The notes under the pieces are model-generated. The model did not search any database. It saw only the letters and a program-made list of their open reading frames with translations, and had not been told where the DNA came from. A stretch of 64,000 nucleotides of DNA, from positions 64,001 through 128,000 of the forward strand of contig JBMNHS010000001.1 of NCBI GenBank assembly GCA_050950505.1, given 5' to 3'. Position numbers and translations under genes: made by a program. Shown in pieces: positions 19,872 to 29,729 of this stretch (positions within the stretch are counted from its first letter, which is position 1; every line of letters starts with the position of its first letter). Origin of the DNA: Candidatus Methanomethylophilaceae archaeon. GTDB taxonomy: Archaea; Thermoplasmatota; Thermoplasmata; Methanomassiliicoccales; Methanomethylophilaceae.

Positions 19872-20747
19872 ATGATTGACAGTAAATCCTATCAAAAAGC
19901 GTATGAGAAAGAATACAACGCGTGGATCAAAGAAATGGATGTTCTGAACAGATGGAAACCCAATCCGGAACTTTCTCTTACCCAGGAAAAAAGATGGGAT
20001 CACCGAGCGGAAGAATTTTCAAAGAAACCCATGCCCACCGCGGACGACCATTTGTTTTTGAGAAATCTTCTTGAGATTGCCGATATGGGACCGGATACCA
20101 CTGTGTTGGACATCGGTTCCGGAGGAGGTCACCTTTCGATTGCTTTGTCCCCTTATGTCAAAAGCGTCCTGGGATTGGACATCTCCGGGAACATGGTCAG
20201 GAAGGCGGAAGAATCGGCGAAGGAACATAATGCCGACAATGTGAAATTCGTGCATAAAGACTGGAGTGAAATGACTTCCGACGACCCGTTGATCAAAGAC
20301 GGATTTGATATCGTGTTTGCCCATATGACTCCGGCAATCGGCAAAGCAACGGATTTCATTAGAATGATGGACGTCTCCAAAAAATACCTTTTCATGACGA
20401 AACCAGTCAGACGTCACAGTCCGGTCGCCGAAAAGATGTGGGAACACGTGGGCACCGAACCTCCTTTGATGTCATCGGACAAAGACCTCGCTTATGCGTT
20501 CATGCTTGGATGGCAGAGAGGATTCGATCCTCAGTTTTTCTACGAACACAAAGTCTGGGACGGAATCATGACCGTGGACGAAGCTCTGGAAAAGTACCGA
20601 CACGAGTTTTCATTCAGAAATCTTGAATTCGACGAAGCTGCCGTAAAAGAATATTTTGAATCCGTTGCCGAGAACGGCATCGTGGATGACAGCACGTTTA
20701 CCGAAACTGCAACAATTTATTGGAAAATAAAGAACGGATATGAATAA
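19872..20747 (+). CDS. Class I SAM-dependent methyltransferase (paralog 2)
   Basis: VLDIGSGGG, LGLDIS, FAHMTPAI, C-terminal ATIYW; colinear with the upstream paralog. Confidence 0.9.
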   Translation: MIDSKSYQKAYEKEYNAWIKEMDVLNRWKPNPELSLTQEKRWDHRAEEFSKKPMPTADDHLFLRNLLEIADMGPDTTVLDIGSGGGHLSIALSPYVKSVLGLDISGNMVRKAEESAKEHNADNVKFVHKDWSEMTSDDPLIKDGFDIVFAHMTPAIGKATDFIRMMDVSKKYLFMTKPVRRHSPVAEKMWEHVGTEPPLMSSDKDLAYAFMLGWQRGFDPQFFYEHKVWDGIMTVDEALEKYRHEFSFRNLEFDEAAVKEYFESVAENGIVDDSTFTETATIYWKIKNGYE

Positions 20748-20830
20748 AATATGAGCATAATAATATAAAATTGAATCATATTTAGTAACACTAAAAGTAA
20801 GATTAATATAACTAACAACCATGAGGGTTC

Positions 20831-22099
20831 ATGAACGAAAGCGTAATCGCAGTGATTGCCGTACTCCTGCTGGGCGCCGCAGGGGTCGGCGGCATAATCT
20901 TTTTGGGGCCGGGGGAAGAATCTGACTTCACCGATTATAAATCGGATACCCTTGTGAAAGATTTCAAAGACAGAGAAGTTCCCGTACCGACTTCGTTGGA
21001 CGGGGGTATCATTACCGCCGGAAGATTCAGCGCGTTGAGATGGCTGGCATACTTCCCCGAAGAATTCGAAAAGGTCATAATGGTCGACGACACCGTGAAC
21101 GTTGACAGTCAGGGATCTCTCGATTACAGCTATGCTTACGGGGATATACTGTCCGGCGTCGAGACGCATTCCAGAGACAGTATGAGCGATTCCGAAAAAA
21201 TGGTTGCCCGCAATCCCAGTCTGATCATCGTTGACAGCCACATATACAGAGAATACAAAGAAATCTGTGAAAACATCTCAAAACTTGTTCCTCTCGCAGT
21301 CGTGAACGCTTTCGAAAATCTCTCCAATGACGGATTCTGGACCGAAGATTACCAATTGACCGAGGAATTCAAAGACCAGGCCGTCCTCTTCGGAAAAATA
21401 CTCGATAACGAAGAACGCGCCGGTGAAATAATCGAATATTTTCAGGAAACTTTGGATGATGTGAGAAGCTACTGCACCGGAACTTCCGATACCGTTACAT
21501 ATGTTGCGGGACCCGTAAGCGCAGGAAGCAATCCTCTGTCAACAACGTTCAACCCTTACCTGTGCCAGCAGTTGACGGGAGGGGAAAACGCCATGGACCG
21601 GACCGATGTGTTCCACATCAACCTCAGTGTCGAAGAAGTGGAACAGCTCAGTTTCAACCGCATGGTCATTGAACCTTCCACCATATTGCCCAACAAAGGA
21701 GGGCCGAATCTTCTTGAAACCGATGACAGTCAGGGCGTTCTCAAACTTGTTTCTAAGAGGAACACCGACGACGATCCGGACAATGACATCAGGATGTTCG
21801 TGGTGTTGCCTTCGATAAGTCACGGAGTGAACCCTCTTTGCGTTCTTGCTTCGGCTTATCACCTGGCTTCCGTAGAATATGACACGTTGAACGTTGAAGA
21901 AATAAAACAGAATGCCGATGCGATGTTCAAAAAGTTCTACGGGGATGAAAGAGGCGGAAGGGTTATGTCCGGATTGGATGAATACTATTCCGGAATAAAA
22001 CACGACGTCCATGAAGACATCTGCACGGATCTGTTCTGTGAGGTTGAAGTGAAAGTGCTTGATAACGGAAAATACATCTTTGCAAAAAAGGTTGAATGA
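20831..22099 (+). CDS. ABC transporter substrate-binding protein (metal-chelate class)
   Basis: N-terminal TM anchor, D..DREV.VP, E..VARNPSLII, FGKIL.NEERA; sits in an operon with permease and ATPase. Confidence 0.8.
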   Translation: MNESVIAVIAVLLLGAAGVGGIIFLGPGEESDFTDYKSDTLVKDFKDREVPVPTSLDGGIITAGRFSALRWLAYFPEEFEKVIMVDDTVNVDSQGSLDYSYAYGDILSGVETHSRDSMSDSEKMVARNPSLIIVDSHIYREYKEICENISKLVPLAVVNAFENLSNDGFWTEDYQLTEEFKDQAVLFGKILDNEERAGEIIEYFQETLDDVRSYCTGTSDTVTYVAGPVSAGSNPLSTTFNPYLCQQLTGGENAMDRTDVFHINLSVEEVEQLSFNRMVIEPSTILPNKGGPNLLETDDSQGVLKLVSKRNTDDDPDNDIRMFVVLPSISHGVNPLCVLASAYHLASVEYDTLNVEEIKQNADAMFKKFYGDERGGRVMSGLDEYYSGIKHDVHEDICTDLFCEVEVKVLDNGKYIFAKKVE

Positions 22100-23203
22100 A
22101 TGAACCGCGGCAGAAAATCAGAGACAATCGACGATATTTCCGTGGACGATTACAGAAACGTTACCGAAGGGTATCTCAAACGGGTACATTTCAAAAGGGT
22201 TTTTCTGATTTTCTTGGGAGTGTTATGTATCGCTTTGACCCTTGTGGCCATCAGATTGGGTGCCGCGAATCTGACATACGGAGACATAATAAGGACTCTG
22301 ATTTACAGGGATGACATACTGAACATGCACTTCGTTACCGCCCGCTTGACCCGGGCCTCCGCCGCAATACTCTGCGGGGCCGCGTTGGGTGTTTCGGGAG
22401 TGGTTATGCAGGGAATATTGAGAAATCCCATGGCCTCGCCGTTCACGCTGGGAACCTCCGGCGCCGCGGCTTTCGGAGCCGCGGTGGGGATACTTTTCCT
22501 CAGCGGAGGAAGTATAGCCACGGCGATTATGGACAGCCCGTACATAATCACCTTATCCGCGTTTCTGTTCTCTCTGATTGCAACCGGAATCATTCTGCTG
22601 CTGATTAAAATCGTTGACGCGACGCCGGAAACGATTATCCTTGCCGGTATCGCCGTAGGTGCGATATTCACCGCGGGACTGTCCTTCCTTCAATACTTCG
22701 CCGATGAAACCGCCCTTACGGCGATTGTGTTCTGGCAGTTCGGCGATTTGTCCAAGATTACCGTTCAGGGATTGAAAATTCTTGCCGTGATTACTTTGGT
22801 CTGTTCAGTCTATTTCTTTTGGAAACGCTGGGACTACAACGCCATGGAATCGGGGGACGAACTGGCCAAGGGACTCGGGGTCAACACCGAAAGAACCCGC
22901 GTCGTGGGACTGGTGCTTGCGGCCCTTGTGGCAGCCGTCACGGTTTCGTTCATGGGGGTAATCGGATTCATAGGTCTTGTCGCCCCACATATGGTCAAAC
23001 GGATAATCGGAAACGATTTCAGGTATACGTTGGCAGGATCGATGCTCATGGGTGCGACGGTCATGCTGATTGCCCACATATTCGCTTCCCATGTTTTCCC
23101 GTACTTCGTCGGCAATTCATTGCCCGTCGGTATTGTCACATCCCTCATCGGGGGTCCCGTCTTCATTTCTATACTGATAGGAAGAAGGAGGGCGTCCGCA
23201 TGA
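22100..23203 (+). CDS. FecCD/BtuC-family ABC permease
   Basis: RNPMASPFTLG, VFWQFGDL, GDELAKGLGV, GVIGFIGLVAPH. Confidence 0.93.
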   Translation: MNRGRKSETIDDISVDDYRNVTEGYLKRVHFKRVFLIFLGVLCIALTLVAIRLGAANLTYGDIIRTLIYRDDILNMHFVTARLTRASAAILCGAALGVSGVVMQGILRNPMASPFTLGTSGAAAFGAAVGILFLSGGSIATAIMDSPYIITLSAFLFSLIATGIILLLIKIVDATPETIILAGIAVGAIFTAGLSFLQYFADETALTAIVFWQFGDLSKITVQGLKILAVITLVCSVYFFWKRWDYNAMESGDELAKGLGVNTERTRVVGLVLAALVAAVTVSFMGVIGFIGLVAPHMVKRIIGNDFRYTLAGSMLMGATVMLIAHIFASHVFPYFVGNSLPVGIVTSLIGGPVFISILIGRRRASA

Positions 23204-24042
23204 TCGAAGTGGAGAATCTGAGTTTCTCTTACGGGAAGCACAAGGTACTGAAGGACGTATCGTTCAAAGTGAACAACGGAGACGTGGTTTCCATACTGGG
23301 TCCCAACGGAGTCGGTAAAACCACCTTGATGAAATGTATGTGTAACATCCATAAACCCTCATCCGGAAGCGTTACCGTCAACGGTCAGGACGTGCTGTCA
23401 TTGTCCGGAAAAGATCTTGCCAAAAACATAGCCTTCGTTCCCCAATCGGTGCCCCGGACAAAAAATCTTGTTTATGATTCCGTGCTCATGGGCAGGAAAC
23501 CGTACATAAACATCGGAGTCACCGAAAACGATTTGGACATCACCAGCAGAGCCGTCCGGGATTTGGGTTTGGAAGATCTTGCGTTCAAGTACGTCGACCG
23601 GATATCCGGAGGTGAATTTCAAAAGGTTCAGATTGCAAGGGCTTTGGCCCAGGAGTCTTCCGTGGTTATGCTTGACGAACCCACCAACAACATGGATGTC
23701 TGCAACCAGCATCTCACCATGGATATTGCGTCAAACATGGCCCGGGGGACGGATGCATGTGTGATCATGACGATGCACGACATCAACCTCTCGCTTTACT
23801 ATTCGGACACACTCATGTTCATGAAAGGCGGTGAAATCATCGCTTTCGGCGGAAAGGATATCGTTACTCCGGATCTGATTTACGAAGTGTACGGCATGGA
23901 AGTCGACGTAATCAGACACAAAAACATTCCGTTGATAGTTCCGGGCGAAACAGTCACCGGACTTGCCGCGAGAAGACATATGGAAACTCACAGTCACCCC
24001 CATGATGCGACGGATCATATATTCAACATCGAAGACTGTTGA
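23200..24042 (+). CDS. ABC transporter ATP-binding protein with His-rich C-terminus
   Basis: ATGA overlap at 23200; GPNGVGKTT, ISGGEFQK, MLDEPT; tail HMETHSHPHDATDH. Confidence 0.93.
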   Translation: MIEVENLSFSYGKHKVLKDVSFKVNNGDVVSILGPNGVGKTTLMKCMCNIHKPSSGSVTVNGQDVLSLSGKDLAKNIAFVPQSVPRTKNLVYDSVLMGRKPYINIGVTENDLDITSRAVRDLGLEDLAFKYVDRISGGEFQKVQIARALAQESSVVMLDEPTNNMDVCNQHLTMDIASNMARGTDACVIMTMHDINLSLYYSDTLMFMKGGEIIAFGGKDIVTPDLIYEVYGMEVDVIRHKNIPLIVPGETVTGLAARRHMETHSHPHDATDHIFNIEDC

Positions 24043-24101
24043 TTTCTACGGTATATGCCTGACAGTATCCCGTGAACGGATGATTAAATAAGAATTAAAA
24101 T

Positions 24102-24116
24102 GGGGGCAGAGCCCCC
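24102..24116. terminator. Hairpin between convergent genes
   Basis: GGGGGC-aga-GCCCCC flanked by A/T runs. Confidence 0.5.
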
Positions 24117-24125
24117 TTTATGGTT

Positions 24126-25067
24126 TCAGTTTGTTGCCAGCTTCACAAGCTTTTCCCAGCTCTTGTCGAGTTGCTTCTGCATGTCCTCGACAACGGGTTC
24201 CCAGCGTTCTTCCTTGAGATGCCTGAACCTTCCTTGAGAATTAATCCAGTCCGTGACCGGCTTCTTCTCTGCCTTGCCGTCGGCGATTCTCTTGCTTTCG
24301 GCCGTCAGTTCATACTCGCCGTCAACCACTTCGTAAAGCGGCCAGATGCAGGTTTCCACCGCCAGCTTCGCAATCTCGATGGTCTTGTCGGAGGGGGATC
24401 TCCATCCTCTGGGACACGGTACGATACCGTTGATGAATGAGGGGCCTCCGCAGTCGAATCCCTTCTTTGCTTTGGACACCGTATCCCTCCAGTTGTGAGG
24501 GGATACCTGTGCGGCATAGGGGATGTTGTGGGCGACCATGATCGCAGTCAGATCCTTCGAGAATTCCTTCTTTCCCGCGGATTCCAATCCTGCGGGGGAG
24601 GTGGTGGTATCCGCACCCATGACAGTGGCGCTGGATCTCTGAATGCCGGTGTTCATGTACGCTTCGTTGTTTAGACAGACGTACATCATGTTGTGACCTC
24701 TCTCCATAGCACCGGAAAGCGCCTGGAGACCTATGTCGTAAGTGGCACCGTCTCCGGCAAAGTTGACAAAGTTCACGTCTTCCTTGACTTTGCCCTGCCT
24801 TTTGAGAGACCTGTACGCGGTTTCGACGCCTGCGCAGGTTGCGGCTCCGTTGCCGAAGGCCGTGTGTATCATGGGCACGTTCCACGAAGTGTAAGGATAC
24901 ACGGTTGTGGAAACTTCGAAACATCCCGTGGACAGAGATACAACCAAAGGCCTCTGTGTGCCCAGGAGAATCTGTTTCGCAAGTATGGGTTCGGCGCATC
25001 CCGCGCAGAGCCTGTGACCGCTGGTCAGTTTGACCGGCAATTCGCTAAGTTCCTTCAGTGTGCTCAT
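24126..25067 (-). CDS. porB: Pyruvate:ferredoxin oxidoreductase beta subunit
   Basis: SGHRLCAGC, TGC.EV, AGDGATYDIG, NNEAYMNTGIQRS, PCPRGW. Confidence 0.93.
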   Translation of the reverse strand: MSTLKELSELPVKLTSGHRLCAGCAEPILAKQILLGTQRPLVVSLSTGCFEVSTTVYPYTSWNVPMIHTAFGNGAATCAGVETAYRSLKRQGKVKEDVNFVNFAGDGATYDIGLQALSGAMERGHNMMYVCLNNEAYMNTGIQRSSATVMGADTTTSPAGLESAGKKEFSKDLTAIMVAHNIPYAAQVSPHNWRDTVSKAKKGFDCGGPSFINGIVPCPRGWRSPSDKTIEIAKLAVETCIWPLYEVVDGEYELTAESKRIADGKAEKKPVTDWINSQGRFRHLKEERWEPVVEDMQKQLDKSWEKLVKLATN

Positions 25068-26239
25068 ATTTTCAACCCCACATAATTCAGTTTTTCCGCA
25101 GAACCGTCAACCACCTTTTCCATGGCTTCTTTGAGGGAATCGACACCTACGTCGGATCCTCCGATACCGTAGATGAAATTGTACATCTTCGGTATTTCGT
25201 CCAAATCGATGGCCGCAGCGACTACTTCGGGATACAAAGGTCCGTAAGCGCCGATGCTCAGATGCTTGTCGAACACGGCGACGGCTTTCTTGCCCTTCAT
25301 GATTCTGGCCAGTTCCTTCTCCGGCCAGGGTCTGTAAACGTGGGTCATCGCGACACCGACTTTTATGCCGGCGTCCCTCATCTGATCCACGGTTTCCTGC
25401 ATGGTACCGTACGAAGATCCGAGAATGATTGCGACATAATCGGCATCGTCGCACCTGTACTCGTCAACCAATTTGTATTCCCTTCCGGTGAGTTCCTTGA
25501 ACTCTTTGAATACCTGTTCGGCGACTTTGAGGGCGTTCCCGAGGGCGACGGTCTGCTGGTACTTGTGCGCATAATAATAATCCGGTCCGTCCAGCATTCC
25601 GTGGCAGGTCGGATTTTCGAAATCAAACAGAGGACAAACGGGTTCGAACTCTCCGACGAATTTCTTCACGTCCCCGGTATCCACGGGCGTCATCCTTTCG
25701 ACCGCGTGGGTCAGAATGAAACCGTCGAGGTTTGTGAGAATCGGAAGCTGAACATCGGGATGCTCGGCAATCCTCGGGGCGATTATCGCGTTGTCGTAAG
25801 CACTCTGAACGTTGTGGGCGAAAATCTGAATCCACCCCGTGTCACGGGCCGCCATGGCGTCTCCGTGATCGTTGTGAATGTTGATCGGTCCGCTGATTGC
25901 TCGGTTTGCCACCGCCATTACGACGGGGACTCTCATGGAGGATGTTATGGGGAGCATTTCCCACATATACGCCAATCCCTGGGATGCCGTTGCGGTGAAT
26001 GTCCTGGCGCCTGCGGAACAGGACGCGGCGCACAACGTAAGCGCGCTGTGTTCCGATTCCACTGCGATGTATTCTGTTTTCACATCTCCGTCGGCGACGT
26101 ATTTGGAGAAATCTTCCACAATGATTGTCTGAGGCGTGATCGGATACGCGGCACACACATCGGGATCGATCTGTTTCCAGGCGTAAGCGATTGCACCGTC
26201 ACCGTTCATTGCGATGTCTTTGTGTTGTGTTTTTGCCAT
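25064..26239 (-). CDS. porA: Pyruvate:ferredoxin oxidoreductase alpha subunit
   Basis: AYPITPQT, VESEHSA, TATASQGL, NRAISGPINIH.DH. Confidence 0.93.
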   Translation of the reverse strand: MAKTQHKDIAMNGDGAIAYAWKQIDPDVCAAYPITPQTIIVEDFSKYVADGDVKTEYIAVESEHSALTLCAASCSAGARTFTATASQGLAYMWEMLPITSSMRVPVVMAVANRAISGPINIHNDHGDAMAARDTGWIQIFAHNVQSAYDNAIIAPRIAEHPDVQLPILTNLDGFILTHAVERMTPVDTGDVKKFVGEFEPVCPLFDFENPTCHGMLDGPDYYYAHKYQQTVALGNALKVAEQVFKEFKELTGREYKLVDEYRCDDADYVAIILGSSYGTMQETVDQMRDAGIKVGVAMTHVYRPWPEKELARIMKGKKAVAVFDKHLSIGAYGPLYPEVVAAAIDLDEIPKMYNFIYGIGGSDVGVDSLKEAMEKVVDGSAEKLNYVGLKI

Positions 26240-26241
26240 TA

Positions 26242-26517
26242 TCACACCTCCGTCATGGTGATTGCCTTCTTAGGACAGACCTGTGCGCATATTCCGCATC
26301 CTTTGCAGTGGGACATCTTGAACCCGATGAGTTTTCCGTCTTTGACGTCGACAGAGTTGTCGGGGCAGTACATCCAGCAGTTCAGACAGTCAATGCATTT
26401 TTCACGGTCGAGCACCGGAGTGTAAGATCTCCAGTCTCCTGTGAGTACGGCTTCAGAACTTCCGGGGTTGCATACTCTTGCTCCTATGGGCATATTCTTC
26501 AAATTCAGTTTGCTCAT
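26242..26517 (-). CDS. porD: Pyruvate:ferredoxin oxidoreductase delta subunit (2x[4Fe-4S])
   Basis: TGDWRS, CIDCLNCWMYCP and CKGCGICAQVCP; ATG at 26517. Confidence 0.93.
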   Translation of the reverse strand: MSKLNLKNMPIGARVCNPGSSEAVLTGDWRSYTPVLDREKCIDCLNCWMYCPDNSVDVKDGKLIGFKMSHCKGCGICAQVCPKKAITMTEV

Positions 26518-26518
26518 T

Positions 26519-27076
26519 TCATTGCACCTCCTCGAAAGCTCTCCTGAGAGCGGAGAGGTTGCTGTCAATCACTTTCTCGGAAAGCCTGTTTCCGAGTTTG
26601 GACACAACGTGCTCAGAAATCAGATCGAATTCCACTATGGGTTTTACCTTGGCCAAAGCACCGAGCATTGCGGTGTTCGCCATAGGCCTTCCGATTTCTT
26701 CGATTGAAATTTTGTTGGCGTTCACGGTATGACATTCCGCCTTGGTACCGATGGCTTTCTGAAGCTCTTCGGGAGTACCGTCAAAATTGGCGAGAATAAT
26801 GCCGTCCTCTTTAATTCCGGCGGCCACATCGACTTTGCCGATGAGTGTGCCGTCAAGGACGATAACCACGTCCGGTTCGTAAACCGGGCTGTGAACCCTT
26901 ATCGGTTTTTCAGAGATCCTTGTGAATCCTTTGATCGGAGCTCCCATCCTCTCCGGTCCGAATTCGGGGAACGCTTTTACATATTTTCCGGCGCTGATTG
27001 CGGCTTCGGCAAGGATTTCGTTTGCTGTAACGACTCCCTGCCCGCCTCTTCCGTGCCATACTACTTCAATGTTCAT
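26519..27076 (-). CDS. porG: Pyruvate:ferredoxin oxidoreductase gamma subunit
   Basis: WHGRGGQGVVT, FPEFGPERMGAP, NTAMLGAL; alternative start 27085. Confidence 0.93.
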   Translation of the reverse strand: MNIEVVWHGRGGQGVVTANEILAEAAISAGKYVKAFPEFGPERMGAPIKGFTRISEKPIRVHSPVYEPDVVIVLDGTLIGKVDVAAGIKEDGIILANFDGTPEELQKAIGTKAECHTVNANKISIEEIGRPMANTAMLGALAKVKPIVEFDLISEHVVSKLGNRLSEKVIDSNLSALRRAFEEVQ

Positions 27077-27364
27077 GGGAACCATCAGGCTATGTCAAAG
27101 CGACATCTCATTTAAAGGCTCCGCTGTTTTCGGGATGTGTTTTATATTTTACAACGTAAAAATGGCGATAAACTTAGTTTTTTACGATATTTCTACGAAA
27201 AATGCAAAGAATATACGAATATCGAATAAAAGAAGCGAAGGAAGCAGTTCCGACCGGGAGCTACCAATAAAATTGTATGACTATGCAAACACTAATTAAG
27301 TAAAGCCCTTATTCTGCACAAAGCACAATATGTGCTAAGTATTTTCCTATAACGAGGGACCAAG

Positions 27365-29680
27365 ATGGACAAAAGGATAGTAGACGTCAATGAGCTGCGT
27401 GTCGACGACATCCCGCTTGTGGGCGGCAAAGGTGCGAACCTTGGAGAACTCACTTCCGCGGGTTTTCCGGTTCCGGGTGCATTTGTATTGACGACCGAAT
27501 CTTACGATTACTTTTTTGAGGAGAATAAGCTTGGAAAGATAATCGACAAGGAACTCAAGACGATCGATGAAAACTCCGATCAAAGTCTTGCAGACGCTTC
27601 CGCCCGTATCAGAAAGGCTATCGAAAAGGGAGGAATTCCGAAGGACCTCGCAAAAGAGATAGTCACCAGTTACAACGGTTTGTTCCCCAAGGGAAAAAGG
27701 GGATTCGTCGCCGTCCGCTCAAGTGCGACGGCCGAAGATCTTCCCGACGCAAGCTTCGCGGGTCAGCAGGATACTTTCCTCAATGTGATCGGCGAAGAAG
27801 ATCTTCTGGACAAAATCCTGAGATGCTGGTCCTCGTTATTCACAGCCAGAGCCATATCCTACCGTCAGAAACAGGGATATGACACCGAAGACGTAAAGAT
27901 TGCCGTCGTTGTGCAGAAGATGGTCAATTCCGACCTTTCCGGCATAATGTTCACCGTCGACCCCGCTTCCGGAACCGATAGCATAATCATCGAAGCCGGA
28001 TACGGTCTCGGAGAAGCCATTGTCGGCGGGGAAGTGACCCCCGATATGTATTCCATTGACAAAAAAGAAATGAAAATCGAAAACGGGAAGACAAGAATCT
28101 CCACGCAGACCTGGAAATATGCCAAGGACGAAAAAGGAGGCACCGTCAAAGTCAACATCGATGCCGAACTTGCAAACGTTCAGAAACTTCCTGACGACAG
28201 AATCATGGAAATTGCCGAAATAGGCCGTCAGATCGAAATCCACTATCAGAAACCCATGGATGTGGAATGGTGCGTCGAGGACAATGCTGTTTACATCGTT
28301 CAGGCCCGCCCCATAACCGCCGTGGGTTCGTCTTCGAACGAAACTGCGGGAATGGACGTTTCCAAAGAAAACGTCATCACTTCCGGCATGGGCGCAAGTC
28401 CCGGTCTTGCTTCCGGACGCGTCGTGGTCTTTGACATGAGCATGAGTCTCGATCTGATCAAAGACGGGGACGTGCTGGTGACCACCATGACCATGCCCGA
28501 CATGGTTCCCGCAATGAGCAGAGCCGTTGCGATCGTAACCAACGAAGGGGGCATGACCTGTCACGCCGCCATTATTTCCAGAGAATTGGGCACACCCTGC
28601 GTTGTGGGCACCGGAGATGCCACCGATGTTCTCGAAGACGGCATGATAATTACCGTGGACGGAACCACGGGAACCGTTTACAAAGGAGAAATCAAGAAAA
28701 AATCCGCTTCCGACAAATCCGATGTCACGTACGTGAGCTCGGAATCCGTTCCGGTCACCGGAACCAAGATCATGGTCAACATGAGCATGCCTATGAAGGC
28801 CGAAGAGATTTCCGAACTTCCCTGCGACGGCGTCGGACTGATGAGAATCGAATTCCTGTTCACCAATTACATCGGAGAACACCCGATGTACGTCATCAAC
28901 GACGGAAGATCCGAAGAACTTGTTGAGAAACTCGCCGACGGAATTTCAAAGGTCGCAAGGGCATTCTACCCCAGACCCGTGGTTCTCAGAACCTCGGATT
29001 TCAAAACCAACGAATACCGTGACATGAAAGGCGGTTCCGATTACGAACCCAACGAAGACAATCCCATGATCGGATGGAGAGGCTGTTCGAGATACGTTTC
29101 CCCCGAATACGAGGAGGCCTTCATGTGCGAGCTTCGGGCCATCAAAAAGGTCAGGGACGACATGGGCCTGAAGAATCTGAACATCATGCTGCCTTTCGTG
29201 AGAACCGTTCAGGAAGTCAAAGACATAACCGCGATGATGGAAAGCGTCGGTCTCAAAAGAGGCATCGATCTGAAACTTTACCTTATGGCGGAAGTTCCGG
29301 TCAACATATTCATGGCGGAAGAGTTCTGCGAACACTGCGATGCGTTCTCCATCGGATCCAACGATCTGACCCAGCTTGTGTTGGGATGCGACAGGGATTC
29401 CGACATACTGGGAAGAATGGGTTATTTCGACGAAAGGAACGAAGGGGTCAAGAGAGCCATCAAGATGCTTATCGAAACCGCTCACAGAAACGGAAAGACC
29501 GTGAGCATCTGCGGACAGGGTCCTTCGGTTTACCCCGAATTCGCGGAATTCCTCGTTGAATGCGGAATCGATTCGATTTCCCTCAACCCCGACACCGTGA
29601 TTTCCACCCGGAAATCGATTGCGTCGGTGGAGCAGAGGATAATGCTCAGACAACTTCGCGAATTGCAGAAGAAACTCTGA
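27365..29680 (+). CDS. ppsA: Phosphoenolpyruvate synthase
   Basis: VGGKGANLGEL, VAVRSSATAED...ASFAGQQ, GGMTCHAAII.RE, SIGSNDLTQ. Confidence 0.96.
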   Translation: MDKRIVDVNELRVDDIPLVGGKGANLGELTSAGFPVPGAFVLTTESYDYFFEENKLGKIIDKELKTIDENSDQSLADASARIRKAIEKGGIPKDLAKEIVTSYNGLFPKGKRGFVAVRSSATAEDLPDASFAGQQDTFLNVIGEEDLLDKILRCWSSLFTARAISYRQKQGYDTEDVKIAVVVQKMVNSDLSGIMFTVDPASGTDSIIIEAGYGLGEAIVGGEVTPDMYSIDKKEMKIENGKTRISTQTWKYAKDEKGGTVKVNIDAELANVQKLPDDRIMEIAEIGRQIEIHYQKPMDVEWCVEDNAVYIVQARPITAVGSSSNETAGMDVSKENVITSGMGASPGLASGRVVVFDMSMSLDLIKDGDVLVTTMTMPDMVPAMSRAVAIVTNEGGMTCHAAIISRELGTPCVVGTGDATDVLEDGMIITVDGTTGTVYKGEIKKKSASDKSDVTYVSSESVPVTGTKIMVNMSMPMKAEEISELPCDGVGLMRIEFLFTNYIGEHPMYVINDGRSEELVEKLADGISKVARAFYPRPVVLRTSDFKTNEYRDMKGGSDYEPNEDNPMIGWRGCSRYVSPEYEEAFMCELRAIKKVRDDMGLKNLNIMLPFVRTVQEVKDITAMMESVGLKRGIDLKLYLMAEVPVNIFMAEEFCEHCDAFSIGSNDLTQLVLGCDRDSDILGRMGYFDERNEGVKRAIKMLIETAHRNGKTVSICGQGPSVYPEFAEFLVECGIDSISLNPDTVISTRKSIASVEQRIMLRQLRELQKKL

Positions 29681-29700
29681 ATCGCGGGGAATCCCGCGAT
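29681..29700. terminator. Hairpin between convergent ppsA and CBS-ParB genes
   Basis: ATCGCGGG-gaat-CCCGCGAT immediately after the ppsA stop. Confidence 0.55.
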
Positions 29701-29729
29701 TGAAACATCTTACCCTGTTTTCAAATCGT

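Noticed and set aside
22819-23199. N-terminal extension of the ATPase ORF (similarly 31586..31840 and 11206..11352)
   Set aside because: Extensions overlap upstream genes; true starts are at the coupled ATGs
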